Part shown: positions 45,813 through 55,277 of the stretch, piece by piece
Numbering within the stretch: position 1 is the first letter of the stretch
Layout: the number at the start of each line of letters is the position of its first letter
Made by a program: the position numbers and the translations under genes
IMG/VR virus record: IMGVR_UViG_3300047508_000144
Location: 1,751-65,750 of that record
DNA: 64,000 nucleotides
Strand: one strand, 5' to 3'
From: a virus
Taxonomy: Duplodnaviria; Caudoviricetes
Notes under the pieces: generated by a model
The model's database searches: none
What the model saw: the letters and a program-made list of their open reading frames with translations, nothing else
What the model was told of the DNA's origin: nothing

Positions 45813-47330
45813 ATGAGTTATCTGACTACTCCAGACCTCCCAGAGTTCAGTAAGGCGGTCATCTCGTTCTGGTTCAAGGCACCGCAGGCGGCGCTAGATG
45901 CTGCGCAGGCGGAATCGGATCAGGACCTAGGAGACGCGGACCCGCCGCCACTTTGGGGACTTGTACCGCTTCTTGTTTTTGGGAAGGAGGGGACAGGCAA
46001 CAGCAAGGTCGAGTCGAGCAATTCAGCTGATCCGCACACGGAAGTCCATAGTTTACATTCATGCGCTACGGTCAACGCTACTCGTAGCGGCGGTTGGCCT
46101 ACAGTTTGCGTATCTTGGGAGAATGAATGCTCTGATAGCTCTTACGAAACCACCTGGAGCGACGTCACGGTTAGCTATTCGGCTACACCCGGTAAACCCA
46201 CAAACCCTTCGTTCATCGCAATAGACGGAGGTGGGCGTCTACGAATTAATTTCGAATCTACCAAGATGGGAGAGGTCTCGGGGTTCTGTGGTCTGACTAA
46301 GGGTTCGAGTGATCATACCACAGGTGGGCATTCTGATTTGTGTTGCCACTACCCAATCACGGGTGGATGCGGAGGTGGCAGCGAGTGTGTCACCGATCCG
46401 TTGCCCGGCACTTTCTGGGGCATGATGTTTTGGGTTTTTGGGCTGATAGGGCTGGTAATGCTTACAGCAGTTGCTGACCAATGCGAACTTGGCGGCGGCG
46501 GTGGCGGCGAATTTGTTGAAGGGAAGTCTGAGTACGGACCTGTTCCTGTCGATTTTGGCACAGGCGCACTCAACGTCAGTCTGCCCAAAGAACAAGGAGA
46601 CCAACCTTTAGCTGGTGATAAGTGGCATCATGTCTTGATTTCTGTCGACATGACTGAGGGGGCTGTAGCGTCTGGTGGTGGCGGCATCAGCGCATCGTGC
46701 ACCATGTATGTCGCCATAGACGATAAAAACTACAAGACAGGCAGCTACCCTCTTGAGGGCACCAACAAGGTCGTCCCCGGAGGTGCTGCAGCAGTTACTG
46801 GTATGCCTGGAGGGGAGAATTGTGGGCCGGGGAGCTACTCGCTCACCAGCATGTCTGTGCCTTCCGCCCCGGTAGGCATCCCGTCAGTAGAAAAATACGT
46901 CGATCGCATTCGCAAGGTTCAGATGGCCGAGTTGCTGTTCTTCACGGGTGTCACGCTCGACACCAGCGAAGAGCAGAACCGTCGTCATTTCATCAGCGGG
47001 CCGGACAAGAACGGATTCCAGCGTCCGACCAACACACCGATGCTCATTGTACCTATGCGTAAATTCGCCTTTGGTGATCCTGCGACCTGGGAACCTGGCG
47101 CTGACAACCCTGCCTGGGCCCCCCCGCTGTTCGACCCCAGCATCATGCCTACCGGGATGAAGGGACTGGGTACGGCCGACATCGACTTCACAAAATGCCA
47201 ATGGAACTGGCAGATGGGACTGAATCTGGGTACTCTTCGTGGCAAGGTTAACAGGACCGGGAAAATCAAGGCGTTGGTTCCTCCAATAGATGAACAGCCT
47301 AAGATACAGGCCAGTGGAGGCGGAGCTTAG
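45813..47330 (+). CDS. LamG/ConA-like protein with Cys-rich, TM-containing insertion
   Basis: ISFWFK and DKWHHVLISVD LamG-like motifs; internal hydrophobic FWGMMFWVFGLIGLVMLTAVA. Confidence 0.6.
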   Translation: MSYLTTPDLPEFSKAVISFWFKAPQAALDAAQAESDQDLGDADPPPLWGLVPLLVFGKEGTGNSKVESSNSADPHTEVHSLHSCATVNATRSGGWPTVCVSWENECSDSSYETTWSDVTVSYSATPGKPTNPSFIAIDGGGRLRINFESTKMGEVSGFCGLTKGSSDHTTGGHSDLCCHYPITGGCGGGSECVTDPLPGTFWGMMFWVFGLIGLVMLTAVADQCELGGGGGGEFVEGKSEYGPVPVDFGTGALNVSLPKEQGDQPLAGDKWHHVLISVDMTEGAVASGGGGISASCTMYVAIDDKNYKTGSYPLEGTNKVVPGGAAAVTGMPGGENCGPGSYSLTSMSVPSAPVGIPSVEKYVDRIRKVQMAELLFFTGVTLDTSEEQNRRHFISGPDKNGFQRPTNTPMLIVPMRKFAFGDPATWEPGADNPAWAPPLFDPSIMPTGMKGLGTADIDFTKCQWNWQMGLNLGTLRGKVNRTGKIKALVPPIDEQPKIQASGGGA

Positions 47331-47333
47331 ATC

Positions 47334-49550
47334 ATGCCGTACGTAGCACCGATCGTATGGGGCGACCCGTCGTACATGTTCCAGACGTCTGCGCAGCTGG
47401 TGAGCCTTGCCGAGGCGTACATCCAGTCACTTCAGGCGCAGGCTGGTCAGCTGGTGCCCCCCTCGATCAACGTGAACTTTCCGACCGTCACCACACCTCC
47501 GTTCCCCGGGCTCGCGGTTCCGCCCCCTCTGGTAGACGTGACCTGGACCGTTCCGAATCAGCCCCCGCCGTTCAACGGACAGGTGGACCTGTCCGGCATC
47601 ACCATCCCGCCATTCACGGGCCAAGCACCGACGCTCAGTTTCGGCGCCGCCCCCGTGCCGTTCGCGGGCACTGTGCCCGACGCGCCGACCACCAACCTGG
47701 ATTTCGTCTACCCAACCGTCTCGGTGGTGATGCCAACCCCGCCGGCATTGATGACGCTTGGCACGGTGAACTTCCCGAACATCGTGATACCACCTTTCGT
47801 CGCGGACGTGCCGAGGTTCACCGCTGCAGAACCAGGGCCGTTCAACTACATCCCGGTCGCGCCTTACACTTCGAAGCTTCTGGAGGACCTCGAAGAAGAC
47901 CTCGATCTGGCGATCACCGCCGGGGAGTACACACATCTCAACAAGCAGGCCCAGCAGGCGTTGTGGGACGCCGGCCGCGAGCGCGAGTACAAGCAGCAGG
48001 CCGCGGCGCTCTCCGAGCTGAACAGGATGGAAGTGCTGGGCTACGCTTTCCCGCCCGGCGCGTTCGTCGACGCCAGAATCAAAATACAGACTGAGACAAA
48101 TTATACGATCGCTGGCTTGTCCCGCGACATCATGACGAAGCAGGCCGAGCTGCAGCTCGCCAACATCGTCAAGGCGCGCGAGAACGCAACCACCCTGGAA
48201 GGCCAGCTGATCCAGTACGCCAACCAGAGCGCACAGCGTGCATTCGACGCTGCCAAGTACGCCACTGAAGCGGGGATCGCGCTCTACAATGCGAAGGTGC
48301 AGGCGTACACCGCCGCGCTGGAAGGGTACAAGACTCAAGCGCTGGTCTACGACACCCAGATCAAGGGGATCATGGCGCAGGTCCAGATCACCCAGGCGCA
48401 GATCGAATACGAGAAGACCAAGGCCGAGATCAACACTGCGCTGGTCAAGCAGTACGAGGTCGAGGTCCAGGCTCAGATGGCGGTCCTGCAGATTTACAAG
48501 ACGCAGGTGGAGATCATCCAGACCCAGGCGCAGGTCGAGAAGATCAAGGTCGAGATTTACGGCGAGGAGATCAAGGCGTTCGTCGGTCGGATCAACGCCT
48601 ATACGGCCGAGGTCGAAGGCTACAAGGCCGGCGTGGAAGCGCAGGCTACGATCGAGCAAGCATACAAGACATCAGTTGATGCGTACACCGCCGAGGTCAA
48701 CGCCGGTGTGGCGCAGATCAACGCCCGGGTCGCCGTATTCCATGGCCAGGTGGAAGCTTTCCAGGCTCAATTAGCCGGCTACGATTCTGCCATCAAGGGC
48801 ATGGTTGGTCAGGCTCAGGCTGCATCCGCGTTCAACACTTCCGAAGCGGAGGTGTTCAAGGCCCAGGTCGCGGCGATGCAGAGTTACAATGAGGTGCTGA
48901 CCAAGCAATGGGAAGCGATCCTAAGCGAGCAGGTGCAGATCACGCAGCTTGGAGTGTCTACTGCCAAGGCCAACGGCGATCTCTACATCGCAGCACGCGG
49001 GCTCTCACTCGATGCTTCCAAGGTGGGTGCGCAGGTTTGTGCGCAGCTTGGTGCTGCTGCACTCGGGGCGATCAGCTGGCACAACAGCTCGCAGTGGTCG
49101 TCGAACATGCAGACCAGCGATGGCAACAACATCAACACCAACACCGGCTACAATACCAACTTCAACACCAACACCGGCAACAGCCACACCACAAGCAGCA
49201 ACCAGAACTTCAACCAAAACGATAGCAACAGCAACAGCAACGTAAATAGCAACTCCAATTCCAACTCCAACAGCAACGTCAACTCGAACACGAACTCGAA
49301 CAGCAATGTGAATTCGAATTCGAACACCAACTCGAACTCCAACATCAACAGCAACACGAACTCGAACAGCAACATCAACTCGAACACGAACAGCAATTCG
49401 AACATTAACTCGAATACAAACGCGAACAGCAACGTCAACTCGAACACGAACTCGAACAGCAACGTCAACTCGAACTCGAACAGCAACGTGAACTCGAATA
49501 TCAATTCGACGTCCAACAATACCAACACCAACATGAACTCAAGCGTGTAG
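47334..49550 (+). CDS. Putative virion protein: Pro-rich N-terminus, long coiled coil, Asn/Ser-repeat tail
   Basis: Sequence composition; long A/Q/E/K/Y helical repeat region. Confidence 0.75.
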   Translation: MPYVAPIVWGDPSYMFQTSAQLVSLAEAYIQSLQAQAGQLVPPSINVNFPTVTTPPFPGLAVPPPLVDVTWTVPNQPPPFNGQVDLSGITIPPFTGQAPTLSFGAAPVPFAGTVPDAPTTNLDFVYPTVSVVMPTPPALMTLGTVNFPNIVIPPFVADVPRFTAAEPGPFNYIPVAPYTSKLLEDLEEDLDLAITAGEYTHLNKQAQQALWDAGREREYKQQAAALSELNRMEVLGYAFPPGAFVDARIKIQTETNYTIAGLSRDIMTKQAELQLANIVKARENATTLEGQLIQYANQSAQRAFDAAKYATEAGIALYNAKVQAYTAALEGYKTQALVYDTQIKGIMAQVQITQAQIEYEKTKAEINTALVKQYEVEVQAQMAVLQIYKTQVEIIQTQAQVEKIKVEIYGEEIKAFVGRINAYTAEVEGYKAGVEAQATIEQAYKTSVDAYTAEVNAGVAQINARVAVFHGQVEAFQAQLAGYDSAIKGMVGQAQAASAFNTSEAEVFKAQVAAMQSYNEVLTKQWEAILSEQVQITQLGVSTAKANGDLYIAARGLSLDASKVGAQVCAQLGAAALGAISWHNSSQWSSNMQTSDGNNINTNTGYNTNFNTNTGNSHTTSSNQNFNQNDSNSNSNVNSNSNSNSNSNVNSNTNSNSNVNSNSNTNSNSNINSNTNSNSNINSNTNSNSNINSNTNANSNVNSNTNSNSNVNSNSNSNVNSNINSTSNNTNTNMNSSV
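49110..49547 (+). repeat. Low-complexity coding repeat (NSN[TVIS])n
   Basis: AACTCGAAC/AACAGCAAC units with mixed synonymous codons. Confidence 0.9.
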
Positions 49551-49561
49551 GGACGACTGCC

Positions 49562-51934
49562 ATGCCCTATTACGATCCCAGTTTCGAAGCAAAGCTGAAT
49601 CGCAAGTACGACATCCTTGCCGAGGAAGCTGCGGCTAGAACCAAGTCAGCCAGTGCCGACTATATGCGAGCCGAGACTGACGCCAAGTCGTTGCCGCAGT
49701 ATCGGGCAGACTTGGGTTACCATGCTCGCGGGGCGGGCCAGCTTAATCTTGAGCAAGCGGCTACCCTGGCTGCGAAGCGGTACATGGACCCTGATTTGCT
49801 GGGCCAGTTGTTTGACTCTGGGCGGCTACCTGGCCTAGGCGGGGCCAATGCAGCAACACCCGGCACAGGAGCGCCCGGTGCAGGAGGACAGCCCGGTGGA
49901 GTGCCTTCAACAGCAGGGCCTCCGCCGATAGTATTTCAAACGATGCCGGGTTCAGCAGCAGCAGCACAACCAGTAGTATCTCCGACATCTACAGCAGCAT
50001 CTTCAACGGCTGCAGATACAGTCCAACCTGCGAGCGTTCTATCGCCAGAGTCGCTAGAGAACATGTCACCGGAAGAGTTGGCGACGTGGACGAAAACCGC
50101 AGCAACGCCGCAGGGAGTGCAAGGACCGACAGCACCAGCAGGAGCAGAAGCGCAGCGAAGATTAGCTGCAGCACAAGCTCGAATGCCGTCATTGGTAAGA
50201 CCGACTTCGGTTACTACAACCAAAGCACCGGCGACGACTCCGCTTTACAGCACTGGCTTCCGAAGAGGTATTCCCGACGTCAAGCCGCGTGGCTACGCGG
50301 AGGGAGATGCGGATGTTCTCCTGCGGCGCCCACTGTTTGGTGTTCCAGCCCCACGCGGTGGCGTAGGCGGCGCTGGCGCGCCCGGCAGTACGCTGCCCGG
50401 CGGCACGCTGCCACCTGGCGGGCCCGCGCCTATGCCCATGCCAGCGCCCATGCCCATGCCCGGGCCCGCGCCCGAGGGGCCCATGGCCGGGCCTCCGGCC
50501 GCGCTCGCTGGCCCCGGGGTTGGTACGCCCTGGAATCCAAATGCGGGGTACGGCATAGAAAATCTTGGTGGAATTGTTGATGCGACTCTCAGGATGGTCA
50601 ACCCGGAGAAGTTCAACGCGGCGCTTCAGACTTTTCGTCCTTCGGAGAACATCGAGGATCGCCGCTTCAATGATCCCACCCAAGGACCTCAAGGCGTCTT
50701 AGGCACAGCAGCCAATGTCGCTAGCGACATTGGCGGCCGAATTGCCAGCGGTGGCCAAGCGCTCGCCTCCGATATCTGGAAGGCGGTAGCTGGCGATCGC
50801 GCCGCTCCCGGCAGCTTGGCTGAACAGGCCGGCTACAACAGCCGCGACCTTCAAGGGGGGCAGCCCACCGCAGGCGGCATTGTAAGCCAGTTTATAAGCG
50901 GTCTGGGTAATCTGTTTGGCGGCGGCGCTACAGCAGCGCCCCTGACAGAATCGCCGGTGTTTAGTGGTGGCGGCGGCTCGCTCCCCGGCGGTGATGTCGG
51001 ATCAGAGGAGTACGGCTATCGAAAGGGCACCGCGAACGTCAAAGGCAAAAGCAAAGGCGACAAGGGTGGTGGCCCACCCAAAGGGCTTGAGGCGATACTG
51101 CCGCTCCTGGCTGCAATGCAGGGCGGCGGCGCCGGTGGACCGCCGGCAGGTCCGCCAGCAGGTCCGCGACCGGCTCCGGGGATGAAGAAAGGCTCTGCCG
51201 ACGTCAAGGGCACCAAGGGCGCCAAGGGTCTCAAGAAAGGCTCTGCCAACGTCAAGGGCAAAGGGAGCAAGGGAAGCAAGTCCGATGACCAGCCGCCTGA
51301 GGGGCTTGAGGCGATACTGCCAGCGCTCATGATGGCAGCGAAGGGTGGTGGTGCTGTCGGCCCGCAAGCGGGTCCGGGTCTCCCTCCGTCCATGGGACCG
51401 GGCGCCGCCGCGCCACCCGGCTTCGCATATGGTACGTCGAATGTGCGAGGATATGCGGCAGGCGGAATGGTACCTCCGATGCCTGACACTACGCCTAATA
51501 CAGGTCCTGGCTCTCTTCCATCTGCACCGGCAGTACCACTGCCTTATAGCCCGCAACAAGGTGCGGCTATGTCGAATGACGCGGGTGCTTCTCGAATCAT
51601 GCCCAGCAACCCGGCAGCAGCACAACCACTGGGGACATCACCCTACGATCAGCAACGTGCATCACCATCAGCATTCGCGACTCAGGAGCTTGCCAGGGGT
51701 ACACCCACCGTGCAGCCACATCCGAACTATCCGTTCGGCGCCGGCTATCTGTTCGGTGCGAACGAAGTACCGGGGCAGGGCACTGGGAAGACCGACACAG
51801 TACCGGCGATGCTGGCACCGCACGAGGCGGTGCTCAACAAGGCAGCTGCCGACATACTGGGGCGAGGTCTCATTGCGGCGCTGAATGCCCAAGGAGTGAA
51901 GCAGATGGGGATGGGCCGCGGCGCTACGTCTTAG
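49562..51934 (+). CDS. Disordered Gly/Pro/Ala-rich putative internal virion protein
   Basis: Repeated G-hydrophobic-x-x-G motifs; C-terminal PGQGTGKTDTVPAMLAPHEAVLN motif. Confidence 0.7.
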   Translation: MPYYDPSFEAKLNRKYDILAEEAAARTKSASADYMRAETDAKSLPQYRADLGYHARGAGQLNLEQAATLAAKRYMDPDLLGQLFDSGRLPGLGGANAATPGTGAPGAGGQPGGVPSTAGPPPIVFQTMPGSAAAAQPVVSPTSTAASSTAADTVQPASVLSPESLENMSPEELATWTKTAATPQGVQGPTAPAGAEAQRRLAAAQARMPSLVRPTSVTTTKAPATTPLYSTGFRRGIPDVKPRGYAEGDADVLLRRPLFGVPAPRGGVGGAGAPGSTLPGGTLPPGGPAPMPMPAPMPMPGPAPEGPMAGPPAALAGPGVGTPWNPNAGYGIENLGGIVDATLRMVNPEKFNAALQTFRPSENIEDRRFNDPTQGPQGVLGTAANVASDIGGRIASGGQALASDIWKAVAGDRAAPGSLAEQAGYNSRDLQGGQPTAGGIVSQFISGLGNLFGGGATAAPLTESPVFSGGGGSLPGGDVGSEEYGYRKGTANVKGKSKGDKGGGPPKGLEAILPLLAAMQGGGAGGPPAGPPAGPRPAPGMKKGSADVKGTKGAKGLKKGSANVKGKGSKGSKSDDQPPEGLEAILPALMMAAKGGGAVGPQAGPGLPPSMGPGAAAPPGFAYGTSNVRGYAAGGMVPPMPDTTPNTGPGSLPSAPAVPLPYSPQQGAAMSNDAGASRIMPSNPAAAQPLGTSPYDQQRASPSAFATQELARGTPTVQPHPNYPFGAGYLFGANEVPGQGTGKTDTVPAMLAPHEAVLNKAAADILGRGLIAALNAQGVKQMGMGRGATS

Positions 51935-54836
51935 GTTTGAACTCGACGATCCTCCTGGCGTCGTCAGGTCCAGGTACGTTTGGGACGGCGATCGGTGACG
52001 TCGTCTTTACCGGGATCACAAAGCAAGCGATTGGGTTGCTGAAATTTCGAGGCTCTGCGCGCATTCGCTTTTTGGTGGACGTGTGCGAGATGAGCCCGCT
52101 CGCCTTGAGGCGATTGAGTATGCCACTGTAATCGTGATGATGTTTGTTGCAGTATTCCCGGAATGGCCCGATGCGTACGTATACTTCTGTCTTGTTGATT
52201 TCGTACCGTGCCTTGATCTCAAAGTGAGGTGGCATGTACAGCACCTCAACTTCACCCCTGGAATTTCGATCAACGCGGCACATGCTCGGATTGATCTCCT
52301 CCAGGTACTCATTGAGGATGGCGTCTGGTGTTGTGTGTTCTCGTTCGAGTTTGGCCGCGGCGCGCATGGCCGGTATCTGCACGTTGATCAACCACTCTCT
52401 CATGACCTTGTAGTCGAAGCGCCAGTACCCCAGTTTGTTGCCCAGCTTGATCCCCAGTAGAGCGGTAGCTGCAGCAGCGGTCATGTAGCGTTCTTCCTGG
52501 CTGGCGTTGATGTCCCTTTCGAACTCCTCCAGGATTTCCAGGAACTTCTTGCCGATCGCTTCGGTGTGCGGCAAGCAACGACACAGGAAGTCTTCGCCGA
52601 TCCAGCCGTAATTCTGAACAAGCAATCTCTTGAATGCGTCGGCTTCAGCCTTGGTATGAATCGTGTTCTGATCCACCTTGATCTCGAACACGCGCATGAT
52701 GCCGGCCTGACCGCCGGAGCTGTCGTTGTTGACCATCTGCACCAGCGACTTGTTGCTGGTGCAGATAGTCAGGTTGGATTTGCGCCCGCCGCGAGGATGA
52801 CGAAAGCTGCGATCGGACCTCAGGCCCTTCCATGTCCCAGGCTGAGTCGCCGCAAGAGCGATCTCGTGCGCTGTCTCGGGATCGAACCTTGTGATCTCAT
52901 CGCACATAAAAGGTAGGTTACGATGCAGCATGCTGTATTCGAAACGCCCCTTGTCGGTGCCAGTCGAACGCAAACCGCTGATGGGGTAAAGCTCCGGATG
53001 TCCCCAGATGCTGGCAGCAGTATAGAGACCCGTGCTCTTTGACGCGCCAGTCTCTCCAAACAGACAAATCAGCATGCCGTATAAACCGGAGAACCTGAAG
53101 AACGGAGTCGCCAAGGATGCGCCAAGGGCAAACTGCTGGGCCATGTACGCTGGATGGTCGTAGAAACCCATGAGCGCAGTCTGCTGAGCCAACGTGCCCA
53201 TGCGGCCCATGCAATCGAGTTGTGTATTCTGTGTCATCACACAGGGAACAACCGAACCATCCGCGACTGAGATTTTCCGGCCGTACAGAATGAACCATTC
53301 CGGGGTTCCGAACTCTACCGGCTTCTCGATCTCGGTTGATTCCTGTTTGGGTACTTTCCACCCAAGCCAGTCAAACTGTTCAAGATCATCCACATGCCTT
53401 CGCAGTTCTTTGAGATACGCCGGCAGGAACGCCTGCATTGCCTTGAAGTGTTTCGGCGAGATGATGACGTCCTTGTTGCGAAGCGCCGCCCCAAGGCTTT
53501 GTATATTTAGATCGTCGTTCATGATCTCAACTATCCTCCAGCCATTGCGTGGAGACTTGACATACCAGCGCGAGAGGCAGCTCTCATTGGAGGTTGCGGT
53601 GACCCACTGTATGGGGAACATCGGGCAGTCACAAATCAGGCCCTTCTTTTTCTCCGTGATCCCGTAGGTCATGTCCAGTTTGTAGGGCGTCGGTGGGAGA
53701 CATGGTGGCGTTGGGTCCGCTCCATTCGTAGAGGCCATGAACGCAGGCCCAGGCGCGGGCTGGTGCGTTTGCTGGTAAACCAGGTTGGCAATCAGGAGCG
53801 GGTTCTTCGCCAAGTCTTTGTGCGGGCAGCGCGCGCAGATCGCGGGGTCGCCGCTGTTGTGGTCGATCTTCTCGCAGCCGGGCGGCGGCAGGACCCAGGC
53901 GTCCAGCTTGGCTTGAGTCTCCGCCTCAGTGTACTTGGGATAGCCGCTCGACCACTCGTGGGCCTTCTCCTCGCCGTCGTCGCAATGCTTGATGGTGCCG
54001 ATGCCGGCGTGCCACTGCGGCTCTGACACGTTTCCCTGGCTGTCCCGGAAGTTCCGCATGTGCTCGCAGACATCGGCGACCTCGTCGGCCGGCGGGCGGC
54101 GCCCATCCCAGGCAACGGAGAGCGTGTCAATCCCCTTTATATTACCCGATATGCAGCGAACCGCTTCAGTGCGGACGTAGTCGACGGTCAAAATGTTGAG
54201 CTGATCCAAGAACTTATTGGTAGAAAGCGACTCAAACAGGACCTCTACTTTGCGGGGATTGCTGGAGTCTTTGTAGTTAAACGTGCCGGGGACGCGCAGC
54301 ACGCTGCTCTGGTCCGTGGTGCGGGAGGGGTCGACATGCAGCTCGTGCTGCTGGGCCAGCCAGAAGAGTCTGGCAGCTGGTTCTTTCCAAGCCAGAGACT
54401 CGATCGGCGTGTCAATTATCCAGTAGACATGTATACCGTATCCTGAGTTTACGATGATCGGGGATGGCAGGCCGGTCTCGAACAGGAACTTCTCCAGCGC
54501 ATCGAAGATGTCCTGCACGGTGGCGTAGTGATCCTTTGGACCCCCGGTGTCGATGTCGAAGAAAAAGACGCAGGCTTCCTTCATGTTCGCGTGCGTCCGG
54601 AATGTCTGGAATTTCCCGGTGCTCGGATTCTCTTCGCGTATGACCTTCAGCGTATGCGCCGCAAAATATAAATCCTTCGATTGTTTCTTTGTCAGGACAT
54701 AAGCGATCACATCGTCGAGGGTGTCGCACCCTCGATGCGCCATGACCGTTTCGCCATCGGGCTTCACCCACGGGGTGGCAATGCAGTAGGGGCCGTGCTG
54801 CGGCCATACCATGCTCAGGAATTTGCGCGTGTTCAT
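51924..54836 (-). CDS. Primase-helicase (AEP-like primase + PriCT-like/Zn region + DUF927 helicase domain)
   Basis: FFDID and SGYGIHVYW AEP motifs, VLRVPGT, EWS..YPKY, C..CARCPH, Walker A GETGASKS, CDE. Confidence 0.88.
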   Translation of the reverse strand: MNTRKFLSMVWPQHGPYCIATPWVKPDGETVMAHRGCDTLDDVIAYVLTKKQSKDLYFAAHTLKVIREENPSTGKFQTFRTHANMKEACVFFFDIDTGGPKDHYATVQDIFDALEKFLFETGLPSPIIVNSGYGIHVYWIIDTPIESLAWKEPAARLFWLAQQHELHVDPSRTTDQSSVLRVPGTFNYKDSSNPRKVEVLFESLSTNKFLDQLNILTVDYVRTEAVRCISGNIKGIDTLSVAWDGRRPPADEVADVCEHMRNFRDSQGNVSEPQWHAGIGTIKHCDDGEEKAHEWSSGYPKYTEAETQAKLDAWVLPPPGCEKIDHNSGDPAICARCPHKDLAKNPLLIANLVYQQTHQPAPGPAFMASTNGADPTPPCLPPTPYKLDMTYGITEKKKGLICDCPMFPIQWVTATSNESCLSRWYVKSPRNGWRIVEIMNDDLNIQSLGAALRNKDVIISPKHFKAMQAFLPAYLKELRRHVDDLEQFDWLGWKVPKQESTEIEKPVEFGTPEWFILYGRKISVADGSVVPCVMTQNTQLDCMGRMGTLAQQTALMGFYDHPAYMAQQFALGASLATPFFRFSGLYGMLICLFGETGASKSTGLYTAASIWGHPELYPISGLRSTGTDKGRFEYSMLHRNLPFMCDEITRFDPETAHEIALAATQPGTWKGLRSDRSFRHPRGGRKSNLTICTSNKSLVQMVNNDSSGGQAGIMRVFEIKVDQNTIHTKAEADAFKRLLVQNYGWIGEDFLCRCLPHTEAIGKKFLEILEEFERDINASQEERYMTAAAATALLGIKLGNKLGYWRFDYKVMREWLINVQIPAMRAAAKLEREHTTPDAILNEYLEEINPSMCRVDRNSRGEVEVLYMPPHFEIKARYEINKTEVYVRIGPFREYCNKHHHDYSGILNRLKASGLISHTSTKKRMRAEPRNFSNPIACFVIPVKTTSPIAVPNVPGPDDARRIVEFKPKT

Positions 54837-55162
54837 GAGCCCTGCTCCTGCTCCTGCAACATCGCTTTGAAAAGAATAAGATATACGATGAGGTCGTCAC
54901 ACCGACCTTTGAGACTCTCCATACGCGAGCGGTTCTTACCGGCGTGGACATCGGCGCAGTACTGCGTGATGGCATCCCAGTGCTTGCCGGCGTAGACCGC
55001 CCAGATGATTTCCTTCGGCAGATTCAGGCGCGCGCCGTTGCGCTTGAAGTTCTCCAGGCGATCGTGGTCGCCAGCGTATTCCCCGCCCTTTTTCTTGCCA
55101 AGCTCGTTGATGGTCTCCCAGGTTTCAGCGACGATCTTGTCATAAGTGGTGTGGTCAATCAT
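54833..55162 (-). CDS. Nucleotide-modification-associated all-alpha protein (Nmad1/DUF1599-like)
   Basis: KKGGEYA..D.LENF ... KH.D ... DDLIVY pattern. Confidence 0.55.
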   Translation of the reverse strand: MIDHTTYDKIVAETWETINELGKKKGGEYAGDHDRLENFKRNGARLNLPKEIIWAVYAGKHWDAITQYCADVHAGKNRSRMESLKGRCDDLIVYLILFKAMLQEQEQGS

Positions 55163-55277
55163 GATGTCGGTACCCTTCGTTTTTCAGAGGGATAGAGGGT
55201 ACAACACCCCCCGCTCGTGGCTAGAGCGGAGGGTGTTGATAGTGTGAAAAACGCAGTGACTAAAGGCGAGCAGGAAC

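Noticed and set aside
40402-47330. Diversity-generating retroelement or invertase-driven fibre switching
   Set aside because: No reverse transcriptase, recombinase or template/variable repeat pair seen in the window
49148-49534. Very hydrophobic antisense ORF (LLFEFELTL repeats)
   Set aside because: Reverse complement of the Asn/Ser repeat; no independent RBS or other evidence
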